From: Selaginella moellendorffii
Lineage: Eukaryota > Plantae > Lycopodiophyta
DNA length: 64,000 bases
NCBI RefSeq assembly: GCF_000143415.4
Contig: NW_003314265.1
Location: forward strand, 882,405-946,404
Reading direction: 5' to 3'
Both the position numbers and the translations under genes were made by a program. This document shows, one piece after another, positions 22,228 through 34,702 of the stretch. The notes beneath the pieces are model-generated. The model saw only the letters and a list, made by a program, of their open reading frames with translations. It made no database searches and had not been told where the DNA came from. Numbering within the stretch: the first letter of the stretch is position 1; each line of letters starts with the position of its first letter.

Positions 22228-25200
22228 ATGGTGAAGGGGCGGCTGAACGTCGCCGATGTGGCGGCGGAGGTGAAATGCCTGCGCTGTCTCATCGGAATGC
22301 GGTGCGCGAACGTGTACGATCTCACGCCGAAGGTAATCTTCCGTCGACAGGATCATCGGTTCATTTTCTCTCTCTCTCGCATTCCAGACGTATGTGATCA
22401 AGCTCGCCAAGAGCAGCGGCCTCACTAGTTCCGGAGAAGGCGAGAGAGCTCTCGTGCTGCTGGAGAGTGGCGTCCGATTGCATATGACCGAATTCTCCCG
22501 GTAAGAGATTTCATTCAAGCTTGGAGAGATTCGTGTCTTTCTCCTTTGCAGGGATAAGAGCGTTACACCTTCTGGATTTACTCTGAAGCTGAGAAAGCAC
22601 ATACGAACTAGAAGACTGGAGAATGTCCAACAGCTTGGTGTTGATCGGGTATGGTCACATTGAAAATTTCAAGTAATTCTCTATGATTCTTTCTAGGTGG
22701 TGGATTTCCAATTTGGCACTGGAGAACTCGCTCATCACATCATCTTGGAGCTCTATGCTCAAGGCAACGTGCTACTCACTGATGCGGACTACAACGTTCT
22801 TACTTTACTTCGAAGTCACAGGCAAGCTTGTTATTTTTATTTTTCTTTGCGAGACATTGTGCTATTACATTTTTCTTCCAGGGACGATTATAAAGGCATT
22901 GCTATGATGGCTCGTCATCGATATCCAGTCGAGAATTGTCGAACCTTTCAACGAACGACGATGCAAGACCTGATACGTGCTTTCTCTCCGGATGAGAAGA
23001 AGGCCGAACAGCAGGAAGCTCAGCAGACCCCGCAAGATGCACGCTTGCAGAAGAAAAAGGATGACGAGGGATTTACTTTGAAGTCGATCTTGCTAGACAG
23101 CTTTAGCTACGGACCAGCGGTGTTTGAGCACGTAATTCTGGACGCTGGCCTGCAACCAAATATGAAAGTTTGTGACGCTTCCAACAGGTCGATGGTATCT
23201 GAGAAGGATCTTCACTCGCTACTGGAAGCTATCAAAAGATTCGAAGATTGGCTGGAAAGTGTGACGACAGGTGATTTTACGCCGGAAGGATATATCACGT
23301 TTCATCCAAACAAGACTGCCAAGAAGAAGAACGCAGAGTCCGCGGAAGAGAAGGTGGATATGCGTCTTACCTAATGGTCTGAAGTTGATTGTGGGCTTTT
23401 GCAGATGTTCGATGAGTTTTCTCCACTCCTATTGAAGCAGAGCGCTCACCGGGAGTATATAAAGTTCGACACTTTTGACGCGGCGCTGGATGAATTCTTC
23501 AGTAAGATTGAGGGCCAGCGACTGGACCAGCAGCGAAAGACACAGGAGGATTCTGCCTTCTCAAAGCTTGAAAAAATTCGTGCTGATCAGGTACCGAACA
23601 CTGCAATAAATTTTAAATGTTCTCAACTCGTAACTGGCATGTAGAGAAGTCGAGTGGAATCTCTGAAACGTGAAGTTGATCAAGCAGTACACACAGCTGA
23701 GCTCATCGAATACAACCTGGCTGACGTCGATCTAGCCATTGATGCGGTTCGTGCTGCGCTTGCAAATGGCATGGATTGGAAAGACTTGGGACGCATGATA
23801 AAAGAAGAAAGAAAAGCTGGCAACCCCGTAGCAGGACTCATACACAGTCTGCAGCTGGAAAAGAACCACATAACATTACTCCTAAGCAATAATCTCGACG
23901 ATATGGATGACGATGATAAAACAAAACCCGCGGATAAGGTATGGCTTCAGCAAATCTTATGGTTGTTTGATATGTAATTTTGCAGGTGGAAGTTGATCTT
24001 TCTCTCTCAGCTCATGCAAACGCGAGGAAGTGGTTTGACATGAAAAAGAAGCAAGCGCTTAAGCAGGAAAAGACTGTTGCAGCACATGAAAAAGCCTTCA
24101 AAGCTGCAGAGAGAAAGACGCAGCAACAATTATCCCAGGTGCCAGACTTGCTATCGTAATTTGTGCTGATTTGAAGTTCTTTCACAGGCGAAGGCTGTTG
24201 CAACTATTTCGCACTTGCGAAAAGTCCACTGGTTCGAGAAGTTTAACTGGTTCATAAGCAGTGAGAACTATCTTATCATCAGTGGACGAGACGCTCAACA
24301 GAACGAACAAATTGTCAAGCGCTACATGAAGAAAGGCGATTTGTACGTAGTATGAAGTTGATTTCGTGTGTTTCATGTTATGCTTCTGGACCTGCAGGTA
24401 TGTTCACGCCGATTTGCATGGTGCATCAAGTACTCTAATCAAGAATCATAATCCTTCTCAACCTGTGTCGCCTTTAACAATCAACCAGGCTGGATGTTTT
24501 ACGGTAACGAGCTGTTTGTTTATCTTTCGCAATGCAGTTCCTTCGCTTTTTTTGTTTTTTTTTTTTTTTTGTTTTGACAGGTTTGTCGCAGTCAAGCATG
24601 GGATTCCAAGATCATTACAAGTGCTTGGTGGGTATATGATCATCAAGTGAGCAAGACGGCCCCGACGGGTGAATATCTCACGGTTGGAAGTTTCATGATA
24701 CGAGGAAAGAAGAATTTTCTTCCACCGTATCCACTTGTCATGGGGTTTGGACTCTTTTTCAGGCTTGATGAAAGCTCCATCCCTGCTCACTTTAACGAGA
24801 GGAGAATTAGAGCTGAAGGGGACAACGAAGAACCAGAAGCAGAGATTCAGGACGATGAGGAGATTGACGACGCTAGTGTAGAGGATAGTCAGGACAAAGT
24901 TCACGAGAGAAAAGAAAGCGGTGATGGTGGAAGCACGATAGAGAAAGCTAGTGTGACGGAAGCAGAGGAAGCTAGATCGGAGGAAGCGGAATCAGAGGAA
25001 GCAAGAGCACCGGAAACAGAGAACGCAGCAATGGATGAGCAGGAGGAACAGGCTCCGCAATCCGACTCAGATATCGATAGCTTGCTTGATAAGGCGCTAG
25101 AGCTCAAGTCCGTTCTTCCGTCTCAGGTAGATACGAATAAGTACGGACTGGGTGAAGTTCAAACAGAAGACCAAGTTGATGACGCTGATCAAGAGACAAA

Positions 25201-26169
25201 GGTAGCCAGGGAGAAGCCGTACATATCAAAAGCAGAGCGAAGGAAGTTGAAGAAAGGTGGAAACACTCAGGAAGTGGCCCAGGAAAATGAGAAAGATGGC
25301 ATAGAGGAGGGTAGTTCAGGAGCCAAGCCCAGTGAAGGGAGCAACAAGCAGGTCCGCGGGAAGAAGGGAAAGCTGAAGAAACTCAAGAAGTATGCCGAGC
25401 AAGATGACGAGGAACGGGAGCTGAGAATGTCCCTACTTTCTGTAAGTTTTTCTCTTTTGATTTTGTTCTTCCTGGAACTGACTTGAAACGTAATTACAAA
25501 CAGTCTGCAGGACGAGAGAAACCATCAGCCAAGGAGCAACCAGAAAAACCGAGCGTGAAGAATGAAGGTTCGTCTTGTACTCTAATTTTTGTCCTTGAGT
25601 TTGCAAGCTTTACAGACGCAGCAAAGAAACCCGTCATTTGCTACACCTGCAAGAAAAGTGGACATGTTGCATCCGAGTGCCCGGACTCGAAGCAAACTGA
25701 AAGCGAAATTGCGGCGATCAATGCCGAGGAGAACATTGTGGATCTGGACGAGGAAGAAAGGGAGAAGCTAACGGAGCTGGACGCTCTGACTGGAAGGCCC
25801 CTCCCGAACGACATCCTGCTCTACGCGGTACCGGTGTGCGGGCCTTACAGTGCTCTCCAGAGCTACAAGTACCACGTAAAGATCACACCAGGGCCTTCGA
25901 AGAAAGGCAAAGGTAAATAGTTACGTGGCTTTCTTTCGCTTGGTGTCATTCGTTTGCTGCTTCCAGGAGCGAAAATGGCTATGGACGCTTTCATTCGTTC
26001 GTCGGACGTGCTTCCGAGAGAGAAGGAATTGATGAAAGCGGTGGCGGAGTCGGATCTGGTAGCGTGCATGATTGGAAATGTGAAGGTGAGCGCTCCGGGA
26101 CTGGCGAAGCTAAAGCAGAGCCAGAAGAGCAGCAAGAAGAAAGCCGCGGTGAAGAAAGATAAAGCTTGA
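22228..26169 (+). CDS. NEMF: Ribosome quality control factor NEMF/Rqc2/SDCCAG1 (multi-exon; NFACT domains, Zn knuckle, C-terminal NFACT-C)
   Basis: [105 protein letters not shown]. Short introns; one GC-AG intron at 22822-22881. Confidence 0.96.
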
Positions 26170-28667
26170 AGACAATTGTAAAGGTACTCTACGACGATTT
26201 TCTTCGTTGTTTTTCCCCATGCGTGATAGTTCTAGCTAACGTGATCTTTGCAATGTTAGTATGTGCCTAGAAGGTATTTGAGGGTAGAAACAACCGAGGA
26301 ACGCAAATACAAAAAGGTGGCAAAGAGGTTTGAGAAAATGTCGAGGCTCCTGGCTGCGTGCATTCTAGCTGCTCGGTATCCCACATCCCAGCCTGGTTGC
26401 GAAGCCTGCAAACGAAGCTAACACCCTGTACAAGGAGCTGAAAGCCTTCTCACAGATGTGACGAGCCCGGGCGGTTGCCAAGAAGAAAGCATGAGCCGCT
26501 GGTGTATGTGAGGAGCTGCTACAACAAAATCCTCGACTTAATCTGTGCGCACAGTGAGACGTCAGAGGTAGCTTCTGTGGTTGCGCTGGGCACGCTCGAT
26601 ATCAGTGTTGACATGGTTCATATCATCATCTCATGATAATATTAATTACATAGTGTGTCCTCATTATATAATTGGTTATCAGTTTTGATAACCTCTGGTT
26701 GATTTTATGATCAAGAGAATTGCCCAGGTCTCTACACATTCTGTCTCCATCGCCACTAGTCCTTATCTCACATTGATTAGTGTATGTGCATCCACCTTTG
26801 TAGCCACCCTCACATCCCATACTTCATCTATATGAGTAAGAGATTGTTCAAAAGAATGGTATGGCATTTTTTATGCCTCTACTACCACTCCTGCACTGTC
26901 AAACACTTTACATCTAGCCTGGATTATAGTAGTGATGGTCTCTTTTTGTTCCACAACCCACGTCACAAGACAAGACCTTAACTACATGAGGTGTGTGAAG
27001 CATACATCCATGTTTGAACTGTGGTACTTGCTAGGGAGTGCTTAAAGCAACAATTTGGAACAATAAATTGTGTGTTAAATGTTAGTATGCAACATTTGTG
27101 GCATATCCAATGATCAATACAACTTTTATGACTCAATTTGTGTTTTTGTAAATTCACCTATCTACTCCTATTAACTATGCAGAATTTAAAGAGGGCTGAT
27201 TTGCCTGTTATAATTGAATTATAATTAAAAAAAAACCAAAAATTTAGAATCTTGACAAGATCTATTTATTGGATTTTACTGAAAATAAAAATCCACGCAT
27301 CTAAATTATGCTCAATTTATAATTTTTATAATATTAAAGGTTCTTCATACACATCCACGTGTATTGCTATTAGCAAGTAAGAATAAATGTTTTGAAAGGT
27401 AAAATTGTGGTTATATATATTATGTTAGAAACATGAACAATATTTATACTAGTGAAGAGTATCCCTCTATGCAAAGAAGTGACAACCAATACAAGAAACG
27501 AACTCCCACCGTAGATTGCATGATGTATATGATGCCATAAGGCTACATAGTTTGTTGCATCTTAAATCTGGAGTATCAGCCCATGAGAAGAAGCCATAAC
27601 TCTCATCATGTGGATGCAAGTAACAAGATACCCACTGCCAGGGTTCTTCTCAAAATGTGAGACATAAAATTGCATTTCCCCACTGCCACATGCACATATT
27701 TTCATTTTGTGTATTGCCATAGGTTGCTTGAGCTTACATTCATCACCATGATTTGGAGGAGGAGGATGCAATGGTGATGACTTGCACTTAGAGATTTTAA
27801 TCTCTAAGGCTTATATTGAGATGGTAAATTCATCCATGATAAGCATTAAAAATGGACTTTATGAAATTTGCACTACAACTTATATATAGAATCCATTTCC
27901 TATATTTTTTTAGGTTTAAAAGCTCATAGATGGTCAAGACTATAGTGGACACACTATATGACATAGTGCAAGTGGAGGTGAAGGCAGAAGCTCTAAACTC
28001 ACTGATCGACACTCCACATGGTGCTCAAGGATTTTTGTGATGACATTCAGATTATATAGGTGGAGGTTGCATACAAAGCTTTTTATGAGCATGAGATTCC
28101 ATATTATGAGTAAGCTATGCTACATAGAACTTGCTTGTTAGTGACTTTGCATCGCAATTAAAGTTTTTCTTTCACCATTTTGCATAAAGACTCCTCCTTC
28201 ATCTCTTAGCCTTGCACCTCCTTGTATGGAGGTGCCTCCTCTATTTCCTCATGTGGAAGCACTTCCTTTATCTTTCTATGTTGCACCTCCTCACATGGAG
28301 GTATATCCTCCATCTTTTTCCTCGTCTGAAGGCACCTCCTCCATCTTGTAATATGACACCTCTTGGCCTCTTATAATCATGGTTCTGATGCATTGAAATA
28401 TATAAATATCTAGGTTGAAAGTTTCTACTAGATTATGTTATTTAAAAAAGATAAAGTTCATGAGAACCTATCTTTCTTTTTACTTTTACAATTTTCATAT
28501 TTTGATTTTCTTGCAATCCATTAAAAAAACCTTGGTAAAAGTATATATGCTATCATATTGATCATTGCCATTGTTTCCACTGAAAACTAGAAAATAAATG
28601 AGGTTAGAATTACAATCTTTTAAAATAACAAAAAGGGCATTCTTTTTCACTTAATTTATTTTACTCT

Positions 28668-28871
28668 ATTACTGCAGAACAAGCTTTGAAATCAATGTAT
28701 TTCAAAGTGAAACCTCAAGATATCGAAAAGAAAAAGGTGGTGGTACCTGTTGTCAAAGAAGAAAAGGAAGAAGAAAAGGTGGTGCCGAAGAGTATTGATC
28801 TTTTCAAAGAATTCACGGAAGAACTAATGATGGTGGGTCTTTTCATAATGTTGGCCATACATATATTTTAG
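28668..28871 (+). pseudogene. Duplicated 3' fragment of the kinase-like gene
   Basis: ITAEQALKSMYFKVKPQDIEKK...LMMVGLFIML matches the end of 36774-37811. Confidence 0.9.
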
Positions 28872-28945
28872 TTTATATACAACATAAAGGTGGCAAATAC
28901 TTAACCATGTAACGACAAAACTATTTTATTATCTAAATGCTCCGG

Positions 28946-30746
28946 CTAGTTGTAACAAGTAAATTGGCGCCTAATGTAGACAATCTCTTCGAGCATGTCT
29001 TGGTACGTGAATGGCCTCACGGCGGCCTTCAATCCAGTCCCTGGCTCGAAGTTCCAGTTCTTGCTCTCATCCCTGTCATCGTCGAGCTGATCGAAGTGGT
29101 GGAAATAGAGCTCTCGCGGGTAGCGTCGCAGCGCAGCATAGCTCGGGGTCACCTCCCGGTAGAAATCGCGCTGCCAGGACGTGAGGTTTCTCTTCCGCAG
29201 TGGATGGGGCTTGCCACCAAAGTAGCTCTCCTTCATCCTCCTCTTCCTCTTCTTTCGCATCCCCACTTCTTCCTCGTTGCCCTGTTTAGCCGCAATTCCA
29301 CTTCCTTCTTCTAGAATACGATGATCTCCTCCTGGTTCTTCTTCCTCTTCCTGGGACTCGAAGCTTTCGAGCTGCTCTTCGTCGTATTTTCTAAGCTGTG
29401 CCAGCGCTTCACCCAGATCAAGCTCTTGATCACCAGCTTCTTCACTAGCAATATCATCGTCTTCGTCATCACGACCATCTTCTTCTTCTTCGTCATCGCC
29501 ACCTTCCTCGTCTTCGTCATCGCCACCATCTTCGTCTTCTTCATTTTCATCTCCATCTTCACTACCATGATCTTGCTCGCCATCCTCGTCTTTGCCTTCC
29601 TCCTCATCTTCATCATCCCACACACTCTCGTCACTCGCAAACTCAACCTTTCGCCCCGTGGCCTCGGCCTCGGCCTCCTTCCGCCGCCACTCCTTGGTAA
29701 ACGGATGAAGGAACTGCACGGGCTGGCCATTCATCATATGCTCCAGCACCAGCGATCTCCTCTCTTCATCCAGCCCCACCCACGCCGCCACAATCTCCGC
29801 CTCGCTCGCGCTCACCTCCACGCCCAGCCTCTCGCACAGCCGGTAGTAGAAGCTCTTCTTTCTCCTCTCTTCCACGTCCTCGCCCTCGATCCCATCCAGC
29901 TCCGTCTCGGGATTGAGAAGCTCGAACAGCCCACGCATGTAATCCTCCTGCGGCTCATATCTACGCAACAAAACGATCAGACAATCGATCGCCAAGAACA
30001 AGAGCTCGAGGGTAGTACCTCATCTGATACTCCGGCCTCTTCACCCAGATCAAATCCGGCCGGCACCACGACACACACCTCGTCACCCCGTGCCGCGCCC
30101 GAAGATCCACCCTCTCGCCAACGTCCCACTTATCGAGCTTGGCATCGCCAGACTCCACAACGACGTGCGCCGCCAGCGTCCACGTCTTCCACGGCGGCTG
30201 CCATCGCCGCGGCTTGCTCGTCCCCCTCACGAACACGTAGAAAAAATGCATCTTGGCCGAGTCCATCATGTCGAGCTTCTTGTCGAAGATCCGGCACTGC
30301 TGGAACTTGTGCATCTCCTCCATCTCCTCGTCGTCCCGGACCGACGAGTAGAGGAACACCATGTCCTTGTCGTGTACGGACCCAAACTTGGGCTCGCCGA
30401 AGATCATCCCGCGGTGGCGGTATGGCCCGTAAGCTCCATACTTGTAGTAGTCGTCGTTGTAGACGATGTCCGCCTCGGCCAGGACCTTGTCGATCACCTC
30501 CGGCGATGGACCCAAGTCCTTGGGCTTCCTGGGACCGTCGAAGCGTCCCCCGGGACTCACCCTCTTCTTCTTCCCGGCGCTCACACTCACGTCTCTTGGA
30601 GTTGCTCTTTGGGTGATCGAGGTGAGGGAGATTGAGCTTACCCGAGTGATGGGAGGGATAAATGGAGCTGGATTGGCGCTGTGAGAGCTCCTGAGCTCTT
30701 GGCCTACGCAGGGGCTGCCGTTTTGGAGGAGAATGCAAGAGGACAT
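28946..30746 (-). CDS. Uncharacterised, probably plastid-targeted protein with D/E-rich tract (intact copy; exons 30746-30019 and 29960-28946)
   Basis: S/T/P-rich N-terminus, globular core (YGPYR...WTLAAHVVVE...WCRPDLIWVKRP), 58-nt GT-AG intron, acidic linker, C-terminal RPFTYQDMLEEI. Family not named. Confidence 0.8.
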
Positions 30747-30963
30747 TGCCGAGCCCTAGAAACAGAGTATGCCAGGGGAAGGGAGAAGGAAGGCCAATTC
30801 GCAACCGATTCGACAAATTCTCGATGCTAGGGGATGGAACGGGAAGAGATCTGGGAGCCCAACTCTCTGGATCTCGAGAAAGTTCGTGCGCGAGAGAGAA
30901 TTTTACTGTAGAATCTCTTAAGAACGAGAAGAAAAGCGATTGGGATTTCTTTTTGCCCTGTGA

Positions 30964-32349
30964 ATGGCAAGATTTGGATCCACTGTATTCTTCCGAGGTT
31001 GTTCTTCATCGGCATTTGCATCGGCCCTTAAGAATTGCACCGAAGTGTCCGAGGGTACTCTTGAAGAGGAGAAGGAACAAGGTGCACGACGACATCTTGG
31101 TGGAGTATGGCCATCAGCCTGGCGGTGGCAACAGCGGAGCCAGCAGGAGCACCTCATTAATATTCCTCCGACCAAATCGTTTCTGCCGGCTTGGATAGAT
31201 CCACCTATGTTGGAAATCACGTCTTGGAAATGTATGGCAGGCTTGGAAGCGTGGAAGAAGCCCAAGAAGCGTTTGAGAAAGTGTTCGAGAAGAACCACAT
31301 TTCATGGACACTCCTAATTGCGGCACTTGCCCAGAACGGGCATTGCAAGGACGCACTTGCAACCTTCAAGAAAAAGGATCTGGAGGGTGTCAAGCCGAAG
31401 AGGCTCGCGTTCCTGCGAGTGATCGGAGCTTGCTGCGACGCCAGAGACGCATCCGAGGGCAGAAAAATCCATGCACGGGTTCTGGAAGACGCTGTTCTGG
31501 CGAGTGATATGTTTTTGAGCGCGGCACTCATCAACATGTATGGGAAGTGTGGCTGCCTGGACGAGGCCGAGATGGTGGTCCGCTGGCAGAAAGGAAAGGA
31601 AATCTCTTCCACGAGAAGTATGCCGAGCAAGATGACGGCCCTACTTTCTGTAAGTTTTTCTCTTTTGATTTTGTTCTTCCTGGAACTGACTTGAAACGTA
31701 ATTACAAACAGTCTGCAGGACGAGAGAAACCATCAGCCAAGGAGCGTGAAGAACGAAGGTTCGTCTTGTACTCTAATTTTCGTCCTTGAAGTTTGTAAGC
31801 TTTACAGACGCAGCAAAGAAACCGGTGATTTGCTACACCTGCAACAAAAGTGGACATGTTGCATCCGAGTGCCCGGACTCGAAGCAAGCGAAATTGCAGC
31901 GATCAATGCCGAGGAGAACATTGTGGATCTGGGCGAGGAAGAAAGGGAGAAGCTAACGGAGCTGGACGCTCTGACTGGAAGGTCCTTCCCGAACGACATC
32001 CTGCTCTACGCGGTACCGGTGTGCGGGTACAGTGCTCTCCAGAACTACAAGTACCACGTAAAGATCACACCAGGGCCTTCGAAGAAAGGCAAAGGTAAGT
32101 AGTGGTTTTCTTTCGCTTGGTTTCACTCGTTTGCTGCTTCCAGGAGCGAAAATGGCTATGGACGCTTTCATTCGCTCGTCGGACGTGCTTCCGAGAGAGA
32201 AAGAATTGATGAAAGCGGTGGCGGAGTCGGATCTGGTAGCGTGCATGATTGGAAATGTGAAGGTGAGCGCTCCGGGACTGGCGAAGCTAAAGCAGAGCCA
32301 GAAGAGCAGCAAGAAGAAAGCCGCGGTGAAGAAAGATAAAGCTTGGTAG
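30964..32349 (+). pseudogene. Chimeric PPR(5')::NEMF(3') pseudogene
   Basis: PPR start with a 114-bp foreign insert (31058-31171) causing a frameshift. PPR sequence runs to 31577, then a copy of the last NEMF exons with several deletions. Confidence 0.9.
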
Positions 32350-32439
32350 ACAATTGTAAAGGTACTATAGGACCATTTTCTTCGTTGTTTTCCCCCATGC
32401 ATCCGTGATAGTTCTAGCCAACGTGATCTTTGCAATGTT
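31577..32439 (+). repeat. Direct duplicate of the NEMF 3' end (25351-26257), introns included
   Basis: Identical peptide [24 protein letters not shown]...KKDKA, same introns and same 3' UTR up to TGCAATGTT. Confidence 0.95.
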
Positions 32440-32458
32440 TGGAGAAATATTGAGACAG

Positions 32459-34702
32459 TCATGAGGCCAAAATATCCGACTGCGTGATCCCTGCTTCATT
32501 GCAAACATCCTGCAATAGCGAGCACGCCGACGAATTCCCAGGCGATAGCTCGATGATTCTCTCTGCCACCATCACGGCCCTCTGGAGATCATGATGGATT
32601 TTACAAGCATTCAGCAGTGCGATCCAAGTCGCGGCGTTTGGGGGGAGATGCATCCTCCTCTCGATGAAGTCCAGCACTTGCTCAATCCATCCGGCTCGCG
32701 CCAGAAGATCCACCACGCAGCTGTACTGCTCCAAGCTCGGCGTCATCCCACGCTCCCTCGTCATAGACACGAAGTAGTGGCAGCCTTGCTCCACGAATCC
32801 GGCGTGGCTGCAAGCGAAGATCACGGTCAGGAACGTCACCTCGTTAAACTTGACGCCCTCCATCTCCATCCTCTGGCCGAGCTTGAGGGAGTCCTGGAAT
32901 CGAGCGTGCTTGGCATAGGCCGCGATCATGCTCGTCCATGTCACCACGCAAGAGCTTTGCCAGCGCTGGAAGATCTTCTCGGCATCGACGAGGCTGCCAC
33001 ACTTGGTATACATGTTTAGCAGCGAGCTCCTCACGTTTGGATCGTGCTCGAGCATGGATCCCCGGATTTCCAGATGGATCACCTTTCCTCTAGGCAGATC
33101 GTTAATCCGGACGCAAGCTTCCAGGACGTTTGCGAGCGTGATGGTCGTCGGAGAGGACCCCGAGAGGTCCATCCTCGCGAACAAGTCCAATGCGCTCTTG
33201 CCATCTCCCTGCTGCGAGCAAGCTCCGATGATCGAGTTCCACGACACGGCGTTCTTCCGGCGAGCGTTCGCGAAGATCATCTTCGCGTCGGGCAAGCTTC
33301 CACACTTTCCATACATGCCGATGAGCGCGTTGGTGACGATCACGTCCGATGAGTGCCCGAGCTCGATCAAACGAGCGTGCATGGCTCGCCCTCGATCCAG
33401 GAAATCCGAGCTCCAAAACGCGGCAACTACGCTCACGAGCGTCACCTTGTTGGCTTTGATCCCTCCCTGCTCGACCCGGTGGAAGACATCGAGAGCGTTT
33501 TCGAGAAGACCGTGCTGGCAGTAGGCCGAGATCAAGGAAGTGCACGAAACCAAGTTGTTCCAGCCGCTAGCTTCCAGCATCCGCCTGGCTTGCTCGAGAT
33601 TTCCACACTTTCCGTACATATTGATCAAGCATCCGGTCACCACCTCGTCGCTGCCGAATCCGGCCTCGAGAGCTCGCGCATGGATCGCTCGGCCTTGCTG
33701 CTCATCGCCACCATCCGAACAGGCATCGATTCCACTCACGAATGTCACGCCGCTCGGCTTCACTCCCTCCAAACTCGTCCGGTTGAAGAGCTCGAGAGCT
33801 TGCCTGTTCTTGCCGCGCTGGGACAACGCAGCCACCATTGCGTTCCATGGGACGTCCTCCGGTGGATTCATGCGGTCTAGCAGATCCATGGCCTCCTCAA
33901 AGCACCCGGAGCTTCCATAGAGATAGACGAGGCGATTGACGAGCGCCAAGTTTGAGCCGAGCCCGGACTCGAGGATCTGGGAGTGGACGAGCCTGCCTTG
34001 TGGGAGAGATTTCTCTTCCAATCCAGTGCAAGCTCTCAGGATGTTCTTGAAAGTTGACGCGTCTGGTTTGCCTCCTTCCACCAGAAACTCCATGTAGATC
34101 TCCAGCGCCAGATCAAACTCTTCGTGCTCCACGTATGCTCTTATCATCGAAGTCCACGAGAAATCGTCCTTGGAAGCGATGGAACCAAACACCATCTCGG
34201 CCTCGTCCAGGCAGCCACACTTCCCATACATGTTGATGAGTGCCGCGCTCAAAAACACATCACTCGCCAGAACAGCGTCTTCCAGAACCCGTGCATGGAC
34301 TTTTCTGCCCTCGGTTGCGTCTCTGGCGTCACAGCAAGCTCCGATCACTCGCAGGAACGCGAGCCTCTTCGGCTTGACACCCTCCAGATCCATTTTCTTG
34401 AAGGTTGCAAGTGCCTCCTTGCAATGCCCGTTCTGGGCAAGTGCCGCAATGAAGAGTGTCCACGAAATGTGGTTCTTCTCAAACACTTTCTCAAACGCTT
34501 CTTGGGCTTCTTCCACGCTTCCAAGCCTGCCATACATTTCCAAGACGTGATTTCCAACATAGGTGGATCTATCCAAGCCGGCAGAAACGATTTGGCTGTG
34601 GATGTGCTTACCCTCGGACACTTCGGTGCAATTCTTAAGGGCCGATGCAAATCCCGATGAAGAACACCCTCGGGAGAATACAGTGGATCCAAATCTTGCC
34701 AT
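32459..34702 (-). CDS. PLS-class PPR protein with E domain, no DYW (organellar RNA-editing factor candidate)
   Basis: 747-aa intronless ORF with repeated ALINMYGKCG / VSWNS motifs, VTFLTVIFACSHAG, YSCVVDLLARAG and WIALLNACKIH. Confidence 0.96.
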   Translation of the reverse strand: MARFGSTVFSRGCSSSGFASALKNCTEVSEGKHIHSQIVSAGLDRSTYVGNHVLEMYGRLGSVEEAQEAFEKVFEKNHISWTLFIAALAQNGHCKEALATFKKMDLEGVKPKRLAFLRVIGACCDARDATEGRKVHARVLEDAVLASDVFLSAALINMYGKCGCLDEAEMVFGSIASKDDFSWTSMIRAYVEHEEFDLALEIYMEFLVEGGKPDASTFKNILRACTGLEEKSLPQGRLVHSQILESGLGSNLALVNRLVYLYGSSGCFEEAMDLLDRMNPPEDVPWNAMVAALSQRGKNRQALELFNRTSLEGVKPSGVTFVSGIDACSDGGDEQQGRAIHARALEAGFGSDEVVTGCLINMYGKCGNLEQARRMLEASGWNNLVSCTSLISAYCQHGLLENALDVFHRVEQGGIKANKVTLVSVVAAFWSSDFLDRGRAMHARLIELGHSSDVIVTNALIGMYGKCGSLPDAKMIFANARRKNAVSWNSIIGACSQQGDGKSALDLFARMDLSGSSPTTITLANVLEACVRINDLPRGKVIHLEIRGSMLEHDPNVRSSLLNMYTKCGSLVDAEKIFQRWQSSCVVTWTSMIAAYAKHARFQDSLKLGQRMEMEGVKFNEVTFLTVIFACSHAGFVEQGCHYFVSMTRERGMTPSLEQYSCVVDLLARAGWIEQVLDFIERRMHLPPNAATWIALLNACKIHHDLQRAVMVAERIIELSPGNSSACSLLQDVCNEAGITQSDILAS

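Larger units (their letters stand above)
28668..31577. repeat. Left arm of a ~2.9-kb inverted duplication (partner 34190-37016)
   Basis: Kinase tail, acidic-protein gene and PPR 5' end all appear as the reverse complement at high identity. Confidence 0.95.

Noticed and set aside
29321-30616. Long antisense ORFs (also 35050-36468, 37868-38863, 58939-59847)
   Set aside because: Shadows of GC-rich coding sequence on the opposite strand.
28946-30746. Naming this gene as a pTAC/PAP subunit
   Set aside because: I could not match it confidently to any named protein.
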